From an uncultured Thermococci archaeon (GTDB lineage Archaea > CAYQAE01 > CAYVLA01): a stretch of DNA of 64,000 nucleotides. Numbering within the stretch: the stretch's first letter is position 1; the number at the start of each line of letters is the position of its first letter. The stretch is taken from positions 32,001-96,000 of the forward strand of contig CAZJVP010000011.1 of assembly GCA_964549615.1 (NCBI GenBank), in the 5' to 3' direction. The position numbers were made by a program, and so were the translations under genes. Below are positions 61,700 through 64,000 of this stretch, in pieces. The notes beneath the pieces are model-generated. The model had not been told where the DNA came from, searched no databases, and saw only the letters and a list, made by a program, of their open reading frames with translations.

Positions 61700-63046
61700 T
61701 TAGGGTTGCGTGCCAAGCTCGTATCCCGTTCCCCTTTCTGGGACGATGGTCTGCGTTTCCAGGGTGCGGCAGAACCTGGCGAAGAGCTCGGGGTCCTCCG
61801 TGTGTATCGGGAAGACCTTCTTGGGCTCTATGGTCTCTATGGCGTTCCTAAGCTCAAGGGGCATGATGTGCCCCGAGACGTGGATGTGGTACTGGGGCAG
61901 CCCGTAGTGGCGAAGCCAGTTCAGGAGCTTCTCGAAGTCGATCTCCATCTCCTCGCTGAAGGGCTCGGATCCGGAAAGGATGTAGCAGCTCTCGCCGACG
62001 GGCTTTATCCTGACCATCTCCTCCATGTCGTAGAGGGAACAGGCCAACACCGTCTTGTCCTGCAGCTGCGATATCTGGGCGGAATCGACCACGTTGGGGT
62101 ACTCAAGGATCTCCTTCTCCCAGTTGTAGTAGGTCTTCTTGGTCCGTTTGAAGATCAGTATGCCCTCGTCATCCGGCCCCGGTATGCAGAGGTGGGGATC
62201 CCTGCATAGGCGGGCCAGGAGGTGTGCCTGTTTGAGGCTAATCCCCAACTTTCGCCCGTTAGCCCTGGATGCGTTGTAGAAGGACCTGATCCTGTCCACA
62301 TCGGCCCTGGCGAAGTCCGCGACGACCAGCCCCCTTGCCTGCCCCACGACCTCGGCGAGCTTCTGCTCGACCATGGGCTCGGAGAACGGGGTTGCCCCGG
62401 TTACGTTGGTGGCTTCGGTGATCATCGCGACCGGATGAGCGTCGCGGGCGGCTTGCACGAACTCATCGGTCATCTCGGGCTTGGTGCCATGGGCCCTGAA
62501 GTCCCCGGTATACACGATCGCCCCCTCGGTGGTGTGTACCACGAAGCCGTACGCACCCGGCACGCTGTGGTCCACGTGTATCGGCTCAACCTCGATCGAT
62601 CCGACCTTCACCTTGTCCCCGGTCCTGAAGGTGCTGAACCTGATGTCCTTCAAATCGAACTCGAAGGTCTTGGGGCTCATCTCGGCCAGGGACTCAAGGA
62701 TGGTCGCCGTGGTTTCGCCGCAGTGGATCGGCACGGATCTCTTCACGAAGGTTATGTAGGAGGCGTGGTCCATGTGGGAGTGGGACAGGAATATTGCATC
62801 CACCGAGGGCTCGGACTCGTCGAAGGCGTACAGCCCCTGGAGGTCCGGCACAAGCCCGAACTCGAAAAGCGCTTCGTGGCACCTGGGCGAAAGGAAGGGG
62901 TCGGCGTAGTATCTTCGCTTGGCCCCGAAGGGCATGCCGAAATCGAGGAAGATCCTTGTGTCATGGTCCTCCACGAGGATCTTGTTGCCGCCGATCTCTC
63001 CCACGCCGCCGTGAAAGGTGAGTTTGACCAAGGCTAGGGCCCGCAC
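61700..63046 (-). CDS. Metallo-beta-lactamase fold RNase J-like hydrolase
   Basis: GGVGEIGGN, HSHMDH, VDHS, YTGDFR, HVSGH, PIHT. Confidence 0.88.
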   Translation of the reverse strand: MRALALVKLTFHGGVGEIGGNKILVEDHDTRIFLDFGMPFGAKRRYYADPFLSPRCHEALFEFGLVPDLQGLYAFDESEPSVDAIFLSHSHMDHASYITFVKRSVPIHCGETTATILESLAEMSPKTFEFDLKDIRFSTFRTGDKVKVGSIEVEPIHVDHSVPGAYGFVVHTTEGAIVYTGDFRAHGTKPEMTDEFVQAARDAHPVAMITEATNVTGATPFSEPMVEQKLAEVVGQARGLVVADFARADVDRIRSFYNASRANGRKLGISLKQAHLLARLCRDPHLCIPGPDDEGILIFKRTKKTYYNWEKEILEYPNVVDSAQISQLQDKTVLACSLYDMEEMVRIKPVGESCYILSGSEPFSEEMEIDFEKLLNWLRHYGLPQYHIHVSGHIMPLELRNAIETIEPKKVFPIHTEDPELFARFCRTLETQTIVPERGTGYELGTQP

Positions 63047-63314
63047 CTCGTAGGCGGTTCGGGCTATTATCTGTTGCGCGGGTCAATGACGCTTGGATGC
63101 GTCATGGGGGTGTTGTGCGATCTTTGCAGCTGGTGCGGGTCGTGCTCGTCGTAGAGCGAGCTGATGCGGAAGTGCGGATTTCCGGAGAGAGCGGGCTTGC
63201 GCGGTCGACAAGACGACTTCCGGCCGGACTGGCTGGTGCTTGGTTGCTCGATCAAGGAGATAGGCCATGGGCTTCATAGTTCAACGGGGTCTGGGACCAA
63301 GACCAGGCTCAGGC

Positions 63315-63848
63315 TCAACAGGTCTTCCGTTCCGGCTTGGGAATCTCGAATGCAGGATCGAGGGGGTTGATCACTTTGATGAAGTCGAAATCCGCAAAGT
63401 CGCCCACGTTTTCGCTGAGGATCGTCCTGATGCCATTTGCCTTGGCGCTGAAGGCGAGGCGGCAGTCGTGTATCCAAGCTCCCCTATCTGGCTCCCGCTT
63501 GCCTGCCTCTATCCAGGCGAATACCTCTCTGAAGGACTCGTCCGTCTCAAGGATCATGCGAAGGGCGGATGATGTCGCCAGTGCTCGAGCTATCATTGCG
63601 GCCTGTGCCGTCTCGATGGGCCGCGCAACCTGGGAGGTGGCCACCGCGTAGAATTCGGCGATGTTCTGCGATGCCACGCAGGCCGACAACTCTCCCTTCA
63701 GTGCTGCGGACAGCAGACTCCTACATTTCTTCATCTTGGACGTGAGCTTACGGGCTTCCGCTGGGGTGCCTGCATCTTCTTGGGTGCACGCGTAGGCGTA
63801 CACGAGTATGTTGGTGTCCAGCAGGAAGGGTTCAGCCTCGCTTGGCAT
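63315..63848 (-). CDS. vapC: PIN-domain (VapC) toxin
   Basis: LLDTNILVY, QNIAEF, IHD, SENVGDF. Confidence 0.85.
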   Translation of the reverse strand: MPSEAEPFLLDTNILVYAYACTQEDAGTPAEARKLTSKMKKCRSLLSAALKGELSACVASQNIAEFYAVATSQVARPIETAQAAMIARALATSSALRMILETDESFREVFAWIEAGKREPDRGAWIHDCRLAFSAKANGIRTILSENVGDFADFDFIKVINPLDPAFEIPKPERKTC

Positions 63849-64000
63849 ATATGTCCCTCCTTCTCCATGGCGGTTTCACGGGGTTTGAGGGGCCTCGGGT
63901 TCTTGGCAGCGACTCCTGCAGCCACCGGAGGAGAAGTTCATCGGGGTTCTGGGTCTTGATGGGGCTTGCCACAATATTGCCGCCCCTTGCCGTCACTTCC

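Noticed and set aside
11390-64000. Integrated provirus or element at tRNA-Leu
   Set aside because: No integrase, viral hallmark gene or duplicated tRNA-Leu 3' end was found by eye.

Overview
GC-rich archaeal chromosome segment, judged from the archaeal rps13-rps4-rps11-rpoD-tRNA-Leu(GAG) block, BRE/TATA promoters and GGAGG/GGTGA ribosome-binding sites. The lineage cannot be fixed from sequence alone. Outside that core block the window is accessory. It holds many carbohydrate and ester catabolism genes (GH106-like, GH67/115-like, beta-propeller GH, CE15, AKR, SDR, Zn-ADH, two URO-D/MtaA-like proteins), a dense litter of gene fragments, and five toxin-antitoxin loci (four visibly decayed, one apparently intact orphan vapC). 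The dominant unexplained signal is a dispersed family of eight intact, mostly individually promoted ~395-430 aa paralogs (~10 kb, ~16% of the window). Each has a signal peptide, a variable GATase/DUF1355-like head, a conserved FGA[NS] helical stalk, a near-invariant C-terminal TM helix with an acidic residue (W-x-Y-x-x-E-W) and an RRRLYREVxxTR tail. Other candidates are a membrane KaiC-like pseudo-ATPase locus divergent from a UbiA prenyltransferase, a stand-alone Cas4-like nuclease, and PEF-CTERM-like sorting signals. No CRISPR array, integrase, transposase, reverse transcriptase or rRNA was seen. All family assignments are from motif recognition by eye; no database search was run.
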